DNA of 64,000 nt. It comes from an uncultured Chloroflexia bacterium (GTDB lineage: Bacteria; Chloroflexota; Limnocylindria; Limnocylindrales; CSP1-4). The notes under the pieces are model-generated. The model had not been told where the DNA came from. It worked only from the letters and a program-made list of their open reading frames with translations, and ran no database searches. This document shows, piece after piece, positions 10,738 to 19,780 of the stretch (the first letter of the stretch is position 1; each line of letters begins with the position of its first letter). Position numbers and translations under genes: made by a program. The DNA is taken from NCBI GenBank assembly GCA_963749705.1, contig CAVVNQ010000003.1, positions 583,184-647,183 on the forward strand, in the 5' to 3' direction.

Positions 10738-12375
10738 TCAGGCGGCCCTCGGTGTCTCCCCGTCGGCATCGGAATCCTCGGCACCCGGACGGAGCCCGAT
10801 CCAGTTCGCGAGCGCACCCGCCGCCAGCAATGCCGCGCACACCACGGCCGCCAGGCGAAGGGCGTCGACCGAGGCGACGTGCGCCGCGGCGGCGATCGCG
10901 GGTGGCGTCGATGCCAGCGGCGGATTGAGCGGCTGGACCATGGCGCGCAGGGAGGGATCCGATGGATCGACGCCCGGCACCGCACCGGCCAGCGCGGCGT
11001 AGAACGATCCGCTCACGACCACGAAGATCAGCGCCGACAGCAGCGGCTGGCCGATCCGGCTGACGGCGTTGTTGATCGCCGACGCGAGCCCCGCGTTGCG
11101 CACCGGCACGGAGGACATCAGCGTCGCCGTCAACGGCGCAACGACCAGCGAGATCCCGATCCCGAACAGGAGCACGAACGGCAGGATGTCGACGATGGTC
11201 GAGACCGGCGGCACGAACGTCGACGGGTCGCCCAGCGCGAGCGGCCACGGTTCGGTGGTCGCCGGAACCCGGGCGAGCCACAGGAGCCCGGCGGCCATGA
11301 TCAACGGGCCCGCGACGAGGAATGGCCGCACGCCGCGGCGTCCGGCCACGCTGCCGACGCGCGTCGAGAGCACCGTCAGCAGGATCCCCGATGGCAGCCC
11401 GATGACCCCGGCCGCCGTGGCCGAATAGCCGACGACTCCCTGGATGAACAGCCCCTGGAAGGTGAACGTGGTGTACAGGCCGGCATAGATCAACAGCGTC
11501 GACAGGTTGATCGTCGCGAACCGGCGGCGGCGAAACAGCTCGAGCGGCACGAGCGGGTTCGGGCGGCGCGCCATCAGGACCGGAAATGCGACCAGAGCGA
11601 CGGCGCCCAAGACCAGCGAGGCCCACGCGACCGGGTCCTCCCAGCGTCGGTCCTGCCCGCGGATCGTGCCGAACGCGAGCCCACCCACGGCGACCACCGC
11701 CACGGCGGCGCCCAACCAGTCGAATCGACCCGTCGCACCCTCGGCGCGCGTCTCGGGCATGTGGCGCACGGTCGCGTGCAGCGCCACGACGACGAGTGGG
11801 ACGTTGATCAGGAACGCCGCGCGCCAGCTCACGCCGTCGACCAGCAGCCCGCCGATCAACGGGCCGATCAGCGTCATCGCCGATGTCGCGGACGCCCAGA
11901 TCCCGAACGCTCGCGCTCGTTCGCGTCCCTCGAACAGCGCGGTCACGATGGCCAGCGAGCCCGGGACCAGGAGTGCGCCCGCGGCGCCCTGCAGCAGGCG
12001 GAATGCGACCAGCAGCTCGAGCGACGGAGCGAGCCCGCACAGGACCGACATCGTGCCGAACCCGACCAGGCCGATGGCGAACACCCGCCGGCGGCCGTGG
12101 TAGTCGGCCAGCGCGCCCGCCAGGACGAGCAGGGCCGCCAGCGTCGCCAGGTAGCCGCTGACCGCGTACGTCTGGCCCTCGAGCGTCGACACCAGCGTTC
12201 CCGGCAGCTGCTCGCCGATCTTGGGCAGCGCGAGGTTCATCACGGTGCCGTCGAGGAACACCATCGACGAGCCTAGGATGGCGGCGCTCATGGTCCAGCG
12301 TTGGGCCGAGGTCACTGGGTCTGCATCCTGGGATTGCGGGCGGTCGGGCAGCGGTTCGCGGAGTGTGTCAGGCAC
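10738..12375 (-). CDS. MFS transporter, DHA2/14-TMS type
   Basis: LDGTVMNLALP, GALADYHGRRRVF, RLLQG, WRAAFLINVP, many hydrophobic helices. Confidence 0.9.
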   Translation of the reverse strand: MPDTLREPLPDRPQSQDADPVTSAQRWTMSAAILGSSMVFLDGTVMNLALPKIGEQLPGTLVSTLEGQTYAVSGYLATLAALLVLAGALADYHGRRRVFAIGLVGFGTMSVLCGLAPSLELLVAFRLLQGAAGALLVPGSLAIVTALFEGRERARAFGIWASATSAMTLIGPLIGGLLVDGVSWRAAFLINVPLVVVALHATVRHMPETRAEGATGRFDWLGAAVAVVAVGGLAFGTIRGQDRRWEDPVAWASLVLGAVALVAFPVLMARRPNPLVPLELFRRRRFATINLSTLLIYAGLYTTFTFQGLFIQGVVGYSATAAGVIGLPSGILLTVLSTRVGSVAGRRGVRPFLVAGPLIMAAGLLWLARVPATTEPWPLALGDPSTFVPPVSTIVDILPFVLLFGIGISLVVAPLTATLMSSVPVRNAGLASAINNAVSRIGQPLLSALIFVVVSGSFYAALAGAVPGVDPSDPSLRAMVQPLNPPLASTPPAIAAAAHVASVDALRLAAVVCAALLAAGALANWIGLRPGAEDSDADGETPRAA

Positions 12376-12449
12376 GGGCTGAGGGCGTCCAGTCCGCGGC
12401 GCCCGCCGGCCGGGCTCCGAATCGTGATGCCTGCTCTATGCTGCGGCCG

Positions 12450-13172
12450 ATGCCCGGACCAGTCGCGCTCGTCGGCGCCGGAGAGTTCCTCGCCCCCATG
12501 GCCGAGTTCGATCGCGGCCTGCTGGACGCGACCGGCCGCGATCGCCCCCGCGTCGTGATCCTGCCCACCGCCTCGGCACCCGATGGCGAGGCCACGTTCA
12601 GGTCGTGGGCGGATCGTGGCGTTGCGCACTTCGCGGGGCTCGGCGCCGAGGTCGAGCCCGTCCTCGTCCGCCACGTTGCCGATGGCTACGACGCGGCCGC
12701 CCTCCAGGCGGTCGGGGAGTCGGACCTCGTCTACCTCTCGGGTGGCCATCCGCGGCACCTGCTGGCGGTGCTCCAGGGGTCGCCGCTCGGGGCCGCGCTC
12801 CGGGCAGCGCATGCGCGTGGCGCCACGGTGGCCGGGTGCTCCGCCGGAGCGATGGCCATCGCCGGACGGGCCGCGGAGTTCCGGCTGCTGCCGCGGCTCC
12901 GGGTGCCGCTGCCGTTCCCGTTGCGCTGGCCGGCTGGCCTCGCCCTGGTCGACGGGTGCGCGGTGCTGCCGCACTACGACGCCTGGCCCGAGCCCATAGC
13001 CGCCCTCGTGGCGCTCCAGGCTCCGCGCGGCGGGGTGGTGCTGGGGATCGACGAGGACACCGCGGTCGTCTGCGGCCACGGCGCGTGGCAGGTTCACGGT
13101 CGTGGGCGGGTCACGGTCTGGCGCGGTCGCCACCGTGAGCGCTTTCGCCGTGGGGACGCGTTCCGGATCTGA
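12450..13172 (+). CDS. Peptidase S51 / cyanophycinase-like protein (class I glutamine amidotransferase-like fold)
   Basis: ILPTAS, YLSGG, GCSAGAM, LPHYD, LGIDEDTA. Confidence 0.85.
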   Translation: MPGPVALVGAGEFLAPMAEFDRGLLDATGRDRPRVVILPTASAPDGEATFRSWADRGVAHFAGLGAEVEPVLVRHVADGYDAAALQAVGESDLVYLSGGHPRHLLAVLQGSPLGAALRAAHARGATVAGCSAGAMAIAGRAAEFRLLPRLRVPLPFPLRWPAGLALVDGCAVLPHYDAWPEPIAALVALQAPRGGVVLGIDEDTAVVCGHGAWQVHGRGRVTVWRGRHRERFRRGDAFRI

Positions 13173-13680
13173 TTCCCCGCCCGTCCGTCCAGCCCGGCAG
13201 CCGTTCCTGCAGGAGCCCGTCGACACGATGGTGCTCGGCGCTCCACGACCCCCACACGGCTCGCGCCCAGCGGCCGAGGACCTCGGCGTAGTCGGTCGTG
13301 GTCGCGGCGAGCGCAAGATCCTGGACCGTCGTCCCGGCCGCGGCCGCGGGCCCCGGGAACCGCGGCCAGTCGCGATGGCTGCGCGCGAGGAGCTGGTGCG
13401 CGTCGCGGACCTCGATGCCCGCCCAGCCGTGCTCGAGCGCCAGGTCCAGCCCGATGAGCGCGAAGGCCGTGGTGATCGCAGCCGTCCGGTCACCCGCGTG
13501 CTGGGCGGCATACGTGTCGACCAGCAGCTGGTGCCACCGTCCGAGCTCGGCGAGGTGCTCGTACTCGTAGCCCAGGACCTCGCCGTACAGATCGTGGCAC
13601 GCCGCCGATGCCGTCGAGCGCGGGCTCCAGGGCTCGCCCCAGCCCGGCAGCTCGACCCCGCAGCCCGGACAGGCGACCAT
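13111..13680 (-). CDS. DUF5946-like protein with N-terminal CxxC
   Basis: CPGCG...ASAAC..LY.EVL, HQLLVDTYAAQH. Start is approximate. Confidence 0.65.
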   Translation of the reverse strand: MVACPGCGVELPGWGEPWSPRSTASAACHDLYGEVLGYEYEHLAELGRWHQLLVDTYAAQHAGDRTAAITTAFALIGLDLALEHGWAGIEVRDAHQLLARSHRDWPRFPGPAAAAGTTVQDLALAATTTDYAEVLGRWARAVWGSWSAEHHRVDGLLQERLPGWTDGRGIRSGTRPHGESAHGGDRARP

Positions 13681-13745
13681 CGACGGAACGGCGTCTCGCG
13701 GCAAGGGAAACCGCTCCTCCGGTGGCGGCGGGAGGCCCGGCCGCC

Positions 13746-14084
13746 TCAGTCGGGCTTGATCGCCCGGAAGCAGTCCGAGCAGTAGACCGGCTTGTCCATC
13801 CGGGGCTTGAACGGCACCTGCGCCTGGTTGCCGCACGAGGAGCACACCGCGACGAAGTACTCGCGGGCGCCGCGGTCGTCCATCCGCTCATAGCCGCGAG
13901 GTCCGCCGTACGCGTGCATGTCGGAGCCGCCGTCGCGGGTCGAGCGGCGGTACGCGCGGCAGGAGGCGCACCGCTTGGGCTCCGACGTGAACCCCTTCTG
14001 GATGTAGTACTCCTGGTCCGCGGCGGAGTGGATGAACTCCACTCCGCAGTCGACGCAGATGAGAGTTCGATCGACGTAGGTCAC
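13746..14084 (-). CDS. Double zinc-ribbon protein (zf-trcl plus CxxC-x17-CxxC)
   Basis: DRTLICVDCG.EF.....Q.YY..KGF..EPKRC..CR and AVCSSCG...QVPFKPR.DKPVYCSDCF. GGGAGGAG RBS, GTG start. Confidence 0.9.
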   Translation of the reverse strand: MTYVDRTLICVDCGVEFIHSAADQEYYIQKGFTSEPKRCASCRAYRRSTRDGGSDMHAYGGPRGYERMDDRGAREYFVAVCSSCGNQAQVPFKPRMDKPVYCSDCFRAIKPD

Positions 14085-14567
14085 GAGGTGCTCCTCCCGG
14101 GCGCGCGCTCCGACGGCTCGTGGTGGGCGTCGAACCTGAGACCTCACCCGACGACGGAGGCCACGGCGGGGAGTCAGCCGGGGCCACGCGTCCCAGGTGC
14201 CGTTCTCGGAGTCCCTAGCTCGGGCCACACCGGTGTGTACGTGAACTTCAGCCTACACCGCCTCGTCGATCCGGGCGTTGCGCGGCCCTGGCGGCTGCCG
14301 GCCACGATCCAGGTGCGATCGGCACCGGGCGCATGGCTGCGACCGTGACGGGCGACCTGTCACAATGACGCCCAAGACTCGGCATGGCGAGACGGGAGCG
14401 ATGGGGGCGCCCGCCACGCAACCGGGTCCCGGGGGCGACCGGCCCGGCCCTGAACACGTCCGAGACCACGCCAGGTGCAGGACGGGGGCTGGAAGCGGCC
14501 GCTTGCGGGGCCCGGTCGGTGTGCCGGTTGCACCGATGGCGTTGTCCCAGGGAGGCAGGCCCACCGC

Positions 14568-15743
14568 ATGCTCCGACTGCTTCATACCGCCGATGTGCAC
14601 CTCGGCGCCCGGCACGCCGACCTCGGCGATGCCGCCATCGCCCAGCGCGAGCGACAGTTCGCCGCATTCAGCGCCAGCGTCGACCTCGCCCTGGCCGAGA
14701 AGGTCGACCTGTTCCTGATCGCCGGTGACCTGTTCGACTCCAACGTCCAGCCGGGCCGCTCGGTCCAGCGCGTGGCCGCGGAGCTGGCCCGGCTGGCGAA
14801 GGCGCGCATTCGGTCGGTCCTGATCCCGGGCACCCATGACGTCTACGACCGCTCGTCGGTCTATCGAGCGTTCGACCTGGCCGCGCTCGCCGGCGTGGGC
14901 GCGGACGACGGCATGGTCACCGTGCTGACGCCGGCCCGGCCGTGGGTCCACCTGCCCTCGCTCGATGTGGTCGTCCACGGGCCCGTGTTCGCCACCAAGC
15001 GGGCACCGCACAGCCCGCTGCGCGACCTCGCGTCCGTGGCGGTGCCGCCGGCGACGTGGAAGATCGGGCTGATCCACGGGGCGATCTCGATCCCCGGGCG
15101 GACGGACCACGACGAGGTCGTGATCACCACCGACGAGATCGCCGCGAGCGGGCTCGACTACCTCGCGCTGGGCCACTGGCACGCGGCGCAGGTCGCCACG
15201 GCCGGCGGCGTGACCTACGCCTACTCCGGCGCGCCGGAGCCCGTCGCCGTCGACCAGGACCGGGCCGGGAAGGTGCTGCTGGTCGCGCTCGAGGAGCACG
15301 AGAGCCGCCGATCGGTGACGGTCGAGGAGCGGCAGGTTGGCAGGACCACCTTCCAGCGGCTGGAGATCGACGCGGCCACGGTCCCGTCGCAGCCCGCGCT
15401 GGTCGAGCGGTTGCTGGCGATGGCGGACGCCGACGTGGTGATGGATGTCCGGCTGATCGGCGTCCGGGCGGACGAGCTGGATCTCGATCCGGGTGAGATC
15501 GAGCGCTCCCTCGGTGGCTCGTTCCTCCGCGTCCGGATCCGCGACGCAAGCCAGCCGGCGCTGACCGAAGGCGCGCTGCCGTCGCCGGACACGATCGCGG
15601 GCGCATTCATCCGCAACGTCGAGGGCCGCATCGCGGACCTGGAGGCGTCGGGCGACGACCTGGCCGCCCGCGAGGCGGTCGAGCTGCGGGACGTGCTCCG
15701 GCTCGGGCGCCTCCTGCTCGCGGGTCACGAGGTGACGCTGTGA
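14568..15743 (+). CDS. Mre11/SbcD/YhaO-like DNA repair metallophosphoesterase
   Basis: LHTADVHLG, AGDLFD, PGTHD, HG, YLALGHWH, YSGAPE. GGAGG RBS. Confidence 0.9.
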   Translation: MLRLLHTADVHLGARHADLGDAAIAQRERQFAAFSASVDLALAEKVDLFLIAGDLFDSNVQPGRSVQRVAAELARLAKARIRSVLIPGTHDVYDRSSVYRAFDLAALAGVGADDGMVTVLTPARPWVHLPSLDVVVHGPVFATKRAPHSPLRDLASVAVPPATWKIGLIHGAISIPGRTDHDEVVITTDEIAASGLDYLALGHWHAAQVATAGGVTYAYSGAPEPVAVDQDRAGKVLLVALEEHESRRSVTVEERQVGRTTFQRLEIDAATVPSQPALVERLLAMADADVVMDVRLIGVRADELDLDPGEIERSLGGSFLRVRIRDASQPALTEGALPSPDTIAGAFIRNVEGRIADLEASGDDLAAREAVELRDVLRLGRLLLAGHEVTL

Positions 15744-17935
15744 GGATCTCGCGGATCGCGATCCACAACCTCCGCCGCTACCGCGACCAGGAGATCGAGC
15801 TGGCCCCGGGCCTGACCGTCGTCCGCGGCCCCAACGAGGCGGGCAAGTCGACGCTCCAGCGGGCGATCGAGCTTGCCCTGACCCGCAAGGTCACGAGCGC
15901 CGCCGCCGACCTCGACGGGCTCGTCCCGTGGGACGGGGACGCCGATGCGCGCACGGTGCTCGAGCTTGCCTTCACCTACGAGGACGAGGACGGCGGGATC
16001 CACGAGGGCCGCCTCGAGAAGTCGTTCCGAGGCGCGCGTGGCCAGGTGACGCTCGAGCTCGACGGCCAGTCGATCACCGATCCTGCCCGCGCCGACGAGG
16101 CGCTTGCCGAGCTGTCGGGCGTCCCGACGGAAGCCTTCTTCCGGTCCACGGCATCGGTTCGCCACCATGAGCTGGCCGGTCTCCAGCGCGACGAGGCGGC
16201 GCTCCGGGATCGCCTCCAGGCCTCCATCAGCGGTGCCGATCGCGGCACCAGCCGGGCCCGGAAGAAGCTCGATCGCGCGATCCACGATCTGGAGACCAAG
16301 GGCGCCAGGAACCCGGGCCGGCTCAAGGTCGCCGAGGACGCCGTCAACGACGTGGCCGCGAAGCTCCAGGCGGGCGAGGATGCGCTCGACCGGCTCGAGC
16401 GCGATCGCGACGCGCTCGCGGTGGCCCGCGAACGACGAGCCGAGGCCGAGACCGCGCTCAGCGAGCGGCGCTCGATGCTCGAGAAGGCGCGCCAGGCCGA
16501 GCGGCTGACCGCGGAGCGGGACGCGGCGAAGGAACGGTTCGAGCGGTATCGGACCGCAGTGATCGTGCGGGACGAGATCGAGGAGCTGGACCGGACCCAT
16601 CCGTCGACCACGTCGCTGCCCGTGCTGCGCACCAACGTCGAGCGACTGCGCGGCGTGTGGACGCGGATCGAGACGCTGCGGGCGATGCTCGAGGACGAGA
16701 TCCAGGTCAGCTTCGAGGTCCCACCGCAGGTCCGCTGGCAGCCGCTCTCGCGGTGGTCGATGGGTCTGGTCCTCGCCGGCGCCGCCGTCGCGGCCGTCGT
16801 GTTCGGGCTCCAGGCGGCGGACATCGTCGACCTGGGGACGCTGCCGATCATGGCCGGCGGCGTGGTCGCCGGGATCGGGCTGGTGCTCGCGATCGTCGGG
16901 ATCTGGCTGCGTCGCGGGGATCGCGTCGACAAACAGCTCCGGGACGTCGAGGTCAACCGGCGGCTGCGTGGCCGGTCGGACCTCGAGCTCGAGCTCGGGC
17001 AGCGGCAGGCAGAGCACGAGGACCTGCTCCATCGGCTGGGGCTCGTGGACCAGGCCGAGGCGGAGGCGGTGCTCCAGAAGGAGGAGGCCCATACCTCGGA
17101 GATCGAGCAGCGCCGTGCGCGGCTCGACGGGCTGGTCGGAGACGAGCCGCGCGACACGCTGCCGGGTCGCCGCGACGCTGCGGCGCTCGAGATCGATCAG
17201 AAGACGGGCGCGCTCGAGGCGTTGGGGCCGATCGCCAAGGAGCCCCGGGCCAGGGAGCGGCTCGAGGTCGAGGTGTCCGATTCCGAGCGTACGCTCGACC
17301 GCGCACGAGACGACGAGGCAACCGCACGGGCACGGGTCGAGCAGAACCCCGTCGATGCCGAGGAGGTCGCGGCCCTGGCCGAGCGGCTCGACGCCTGGAA
17401 GGAGGAGCTCGCGACGCTCCACCGGCGCGACCGGGTGTACGCGGCCACGCTTCGCGAGATCAACGCGGCCGAGCAGGCGACGATGCAGCGCGCGACCCGC
17501 TACCTCGAGCGGCGCATGGTCGGCGACCTCGCCCGCGTCACCGGCGGCCGGTACCGGCGCGTCCGCGTGGACGACACCAACCTGGGCATCGAGGTGTTCG
17601 CGCCCGAGCGCGACGACTGGGTGTCCGTATCGGAGCTGTCGCAGGGCACGCTCGACGTCGTCTACCTGGCCGCGAGGCTCGGCCTGGTACGGCTGGTCAC
17701 CGGCGACCGCCGGCCACCGCTCATCCTCGACGACCCGTTCGTGACCCTCGACGCCGTTCGCGCGCCACGCGCGCTCGAGCTGCTGCGCGAGATCTCGGCC
17801 GACTTCCAGGTGATCTACCTCACCACCTCGGACCGCTATGACGGGCTCGCGGACCTGGTCGTCGAGCTCGATGGGCCGGCGGCCGTCGACCAGCATGTGG
17901 AGCCCACCGAGCTCGAAGGGGTGGCACCTGCCTGA
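15740..17935 (+). CDS. Rad50/SbcC/YhaN-like coiled-coil ATPase with two internal TM helices
   Basis: Walker A GPNEAGKST, signature LSQGT, Walker B ILDDPF, long coiled coil, central hydrophobic hairpin. GTGA overlap with the upstream gene. Confidence 0.88.
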   Translation: MRISRIAIHNLRRYRDQEIELAPGLTVVRGPNEAGKSTLQRAIELALTRKVTSAAADLDGLVPWDGDADARTVLELAFTYEDEDGGIHEGRLEKSFRGARGQVTLELDGQSITDPARADEALAELSGVPTEAFFRSTASVRHHELAGLQRDEAALRDRLQASISGADRGTSRARKKLDRAIHDLETKGARNPGRLKVAEDAVNDVAAKLQAGEDALDRLERDRDALAVARERRAEAETALSERRSMLEKARQAERLTAERDAAKERFERYRTAVIVRDEIEELDRTHPSTTSLPVLRTNVERLRGVWTRIETLRAMLEDEIQVSFEVPPQVRWQPLSRWSMGLVLAGAAVAAVVFGLQAADIVDLGTLPIMAGGVVAGIGLVLAIVGIWLRRGDRVDKQLRDVEVNRRLRGRSDLELELGQRQAEHEDLLHRLGLVDQAEAEAVLQKEEAHTSEIEQRRARLDGLVGDEPRDTLPGRRDAAALEIDQKTGALEALGPIAKEPRARERLEVEVSDSERTLDRARDDEATARARVEQNPVDAEEVAALAERLDAWKEELATLHRRDRVYAATLREINAAEQATMQRATRYLERRMVGDLARVTGGRYRRVRVDDTNLGIEVFAPERDDWVSVSELSQGTLDVVYLAARLGLVRLVTGDRRPPLILDDPFVTLDAVRAPRALELLREISADFQVIYLTTSDRYDGLADLVVELDGPAAVDQHVEPTELEGVAPA

Positions 17936-18797
17936 CGCCTTCGGGCCGGGCTCGACGGTCGTCGTCCTCGGCCTGCTGTCCGCCCTGGCCTGGGGGTCCG
18001 GTGACTTCGGGGGCGGGATGCTCAGCCGCCGCGCCCCCCTGTTCGGCATCGTCATCGGGACCCAGGCGATCGGGCTGGTCGCCGCCCTGGCGCTCGCCGT
18101 GGTCCGCGGCGAACCCGTGCCGCAGGGAGCCGACCTTGCATGGACGGTTGCGGGCGGCCTTGCCGGCGTCGTCGGGATCACGTCCCTGTACCGGGGCCTC
18201 GCGGTCGGCCGGATGGGCGTGGTCGCGCCCACCACGGGCGTGCTCGCGGCCGTGGTGCCGGTCGGCGTCGGGTTCGTGCTCGAGGGCGTCCCGCGTCCCG
18301 AGGCGATCGTGGGGATCGTCCTTGCGCTGGTCGCCGTGGTCCTGGTCACCAGCGCGCCCGGCCATGCGACGGACCGGCCCTCGGGGATCCGCTGGGCGCT
18401 GATGGCCGGGTTCGCGATCGGCGCGTTCAACGTGTGCGTCGGCCAGCTGTCCGGTGCGGGAGCGTTCGGCCCGCTGGTGGTCATGCGGCTGCTCCAGGTG
18501 GCGATCCTCGCCGCGCTGATCGTCGCCTGGCGCCAGCCGTGGCGGCTCGATGCCTCGATCGGCTGGCGCCTGGTGGTCGTCGGCCTGCTGGACATGACCG
18601 GCAACGCCGCGTTCATCCTCGCCACCCAGTCCGGACAGCTGGCGATCGCCGCGGTCCTGTCGTCGCTGTATCCGGTCGTCACCGTCGTGCTGGCGATCGC
18701 GGTCGTGCGGGAGCGACTCGCCCGGCGCCACGTCGCCGGGATCGCGCTGACGGCCATCGCGATCGCGTTGATCGCGGCGGGCACCGCTACGCTGTGA
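17928..18797 (+). CDS. EamA/DMT family transporter
   Basis: WGSGDFGGG, YRGLAVGRMGVVAP, LSSLYPVVTV.LA..V.RE. Start uncertain. Confidence 0.85.
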   Translation: MPDAFGPGSTVVVLGLLSALAWGSGDFGGGMLSRRAPLFGIVIGTQAIGLVAALALAVVRGEPVPQGADLAWTVAGGLAGVVGITSLYRGLAVGRMGVVAPTTGVLAAVVPVGVGFVLEGVPRPEAIVGIVLALVAVVLVTSAPGHATDRPSGIRWALMAGFAIGAFNVCVGQLSGAGAFGPLVVMRLLQVAILAALIVAWRQPWRLDASIGWRLVVVGLLDMTGNAAFILATQSGQLAIAAVLSSLYPVVTVVLAIAVVRERLARRHVAGIALTAIAIALIAAGTATL

Positions 18798-18843
18798 CCA
18801 TGCGAGCCGTCGCCCACGGCGGCCTGCCGCGCCGAGGAGCCCC

Positions 18844-19155
18844 ATGACCGAACAAGCCCAAGCCCCCTGGATCGAGACGGTCTGGCTCGTGGAGGCGACC
18901 TACGCCCCCGACGCCGCCGAGACCCGGGTCCCGTTCCGCGCCCGCCACATGGCCCGCATGGCCGAGCTCAAGGCCGCGGGCGTGATCGTCGAGGTCGGCG
19001 CGTTCACGGACGTCTCGGCATCGATCGTGATCGTCCGCGCCGCGTCCGAGGACGAGGCGATCGAGATCTGCCGCCAGGACATCTACACGCAGAACGGTGT
19101 CTGGGTCGAGATGCGAGCGAGGCCGTTCGGGATCGTGCGGCTCGGCGGCGGCTGA
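18844..19155 (+). CDS. YciI family protein
   Basis: R.PFRARH, G.F, D.YTQNGVW. GAGGAG RBS. Confidence 0.8.
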   Translation: MTEQAQAPWIETVWLVEATYAPDAAETRVPFRARHMARMAELKAAGVIVEVGAFTDVSASIVIVRAASEDEAIEICRQDIYTQNGVWVEMRARPFGIVRLGGG

Positions 19156-19163
19156 GACGGGCC

Positions 19164-19694
19164 TCAGCGCCGGGCCCGGACCACGGTCGCGGTGTCCAGC
19201 TCCGCTGGGTGCGTGAGCCGGACGACGAGCGCGAACCCCTCGTGGCGGAGACGGTCATCGGGCGCGCGCCGCAGGTCCCCGAGCTGGCGGTGGACCGCCG
19301 CCTCGGGCACGATCCGGTCGGGTCGCCCCGCATTGCGCTCGAGCACCACGGCCGGCGGCATGTCGAGCACGATCGCGACGGCCGGCAGCCCCGCCTCGCC
19401 TGCTCGCTCGAGCAGCGCCCGTCGCGCCCGCGCCTGGACGCTCGTGGCATCGACCACGGTGAGCAGGCCGGCCCCCAGCCGCACGCCGAGCCTGCGATGG
19501 AGCGCCTCGAACGCCGGGCCGGTCGCCCGCTGGTCCGCGGCGTCGCCGGCGATCAGCGCCCGCAGCTCGTCCGAGGACAGGACCTCGTCCCGGGCGAACC
19601 AGCGGGCCGCGAACGTGGACTTGCCCGCGCCGGCGGCGCCGACCAGGACGACCAGGCAGGGATCCGGGATCGTGATCACGGGGTCGCGGTGCAT
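19164..19694 (-). CDS. AAA_33 / polynucleotide-kinase-like P-loop kinase
   Basis: LVGAAGAGKSTFA, SSDELR, VVDAT, RNAGR.DR.VP, EGF. Confidence 0.85.
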   Translation of the reverse strand: MHRDPVITIPDPCLVVLVGAAGAGKSTFAARWFARDEVLSSDELRALIAGDAADQRATGPAFEALHRRLGVRLGAGLLTVVDATSVQARARRALLERAGEAGLPAVAIVLDMPPAVVLERNAGRPDRIVPEAAVHRQLGDLRRAPDDRLRHEGFALVVRLTHPAELDTATVVRARR

Positions 19695-19780
19695 CCGTGG
19701 ATGATGCCCCTCGACCATCGATGCGCGCGGTGCGCCGCCGTCGACGCCGGCTGTGGAGCCCGTCCTGTACCGTCCGCGTG

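Noticed and set aside
14380-14505. Assignment as SRP RNA or cobalamin riboswitch (fragments GCCAGG...GGAAGCGGC, CGCAAC, GTCCGAGACC)
   Set aside because: No SRP helix-8 tetraloop stem and no GGGAA/B12-box core. Kept only as an unassigned structured leader.
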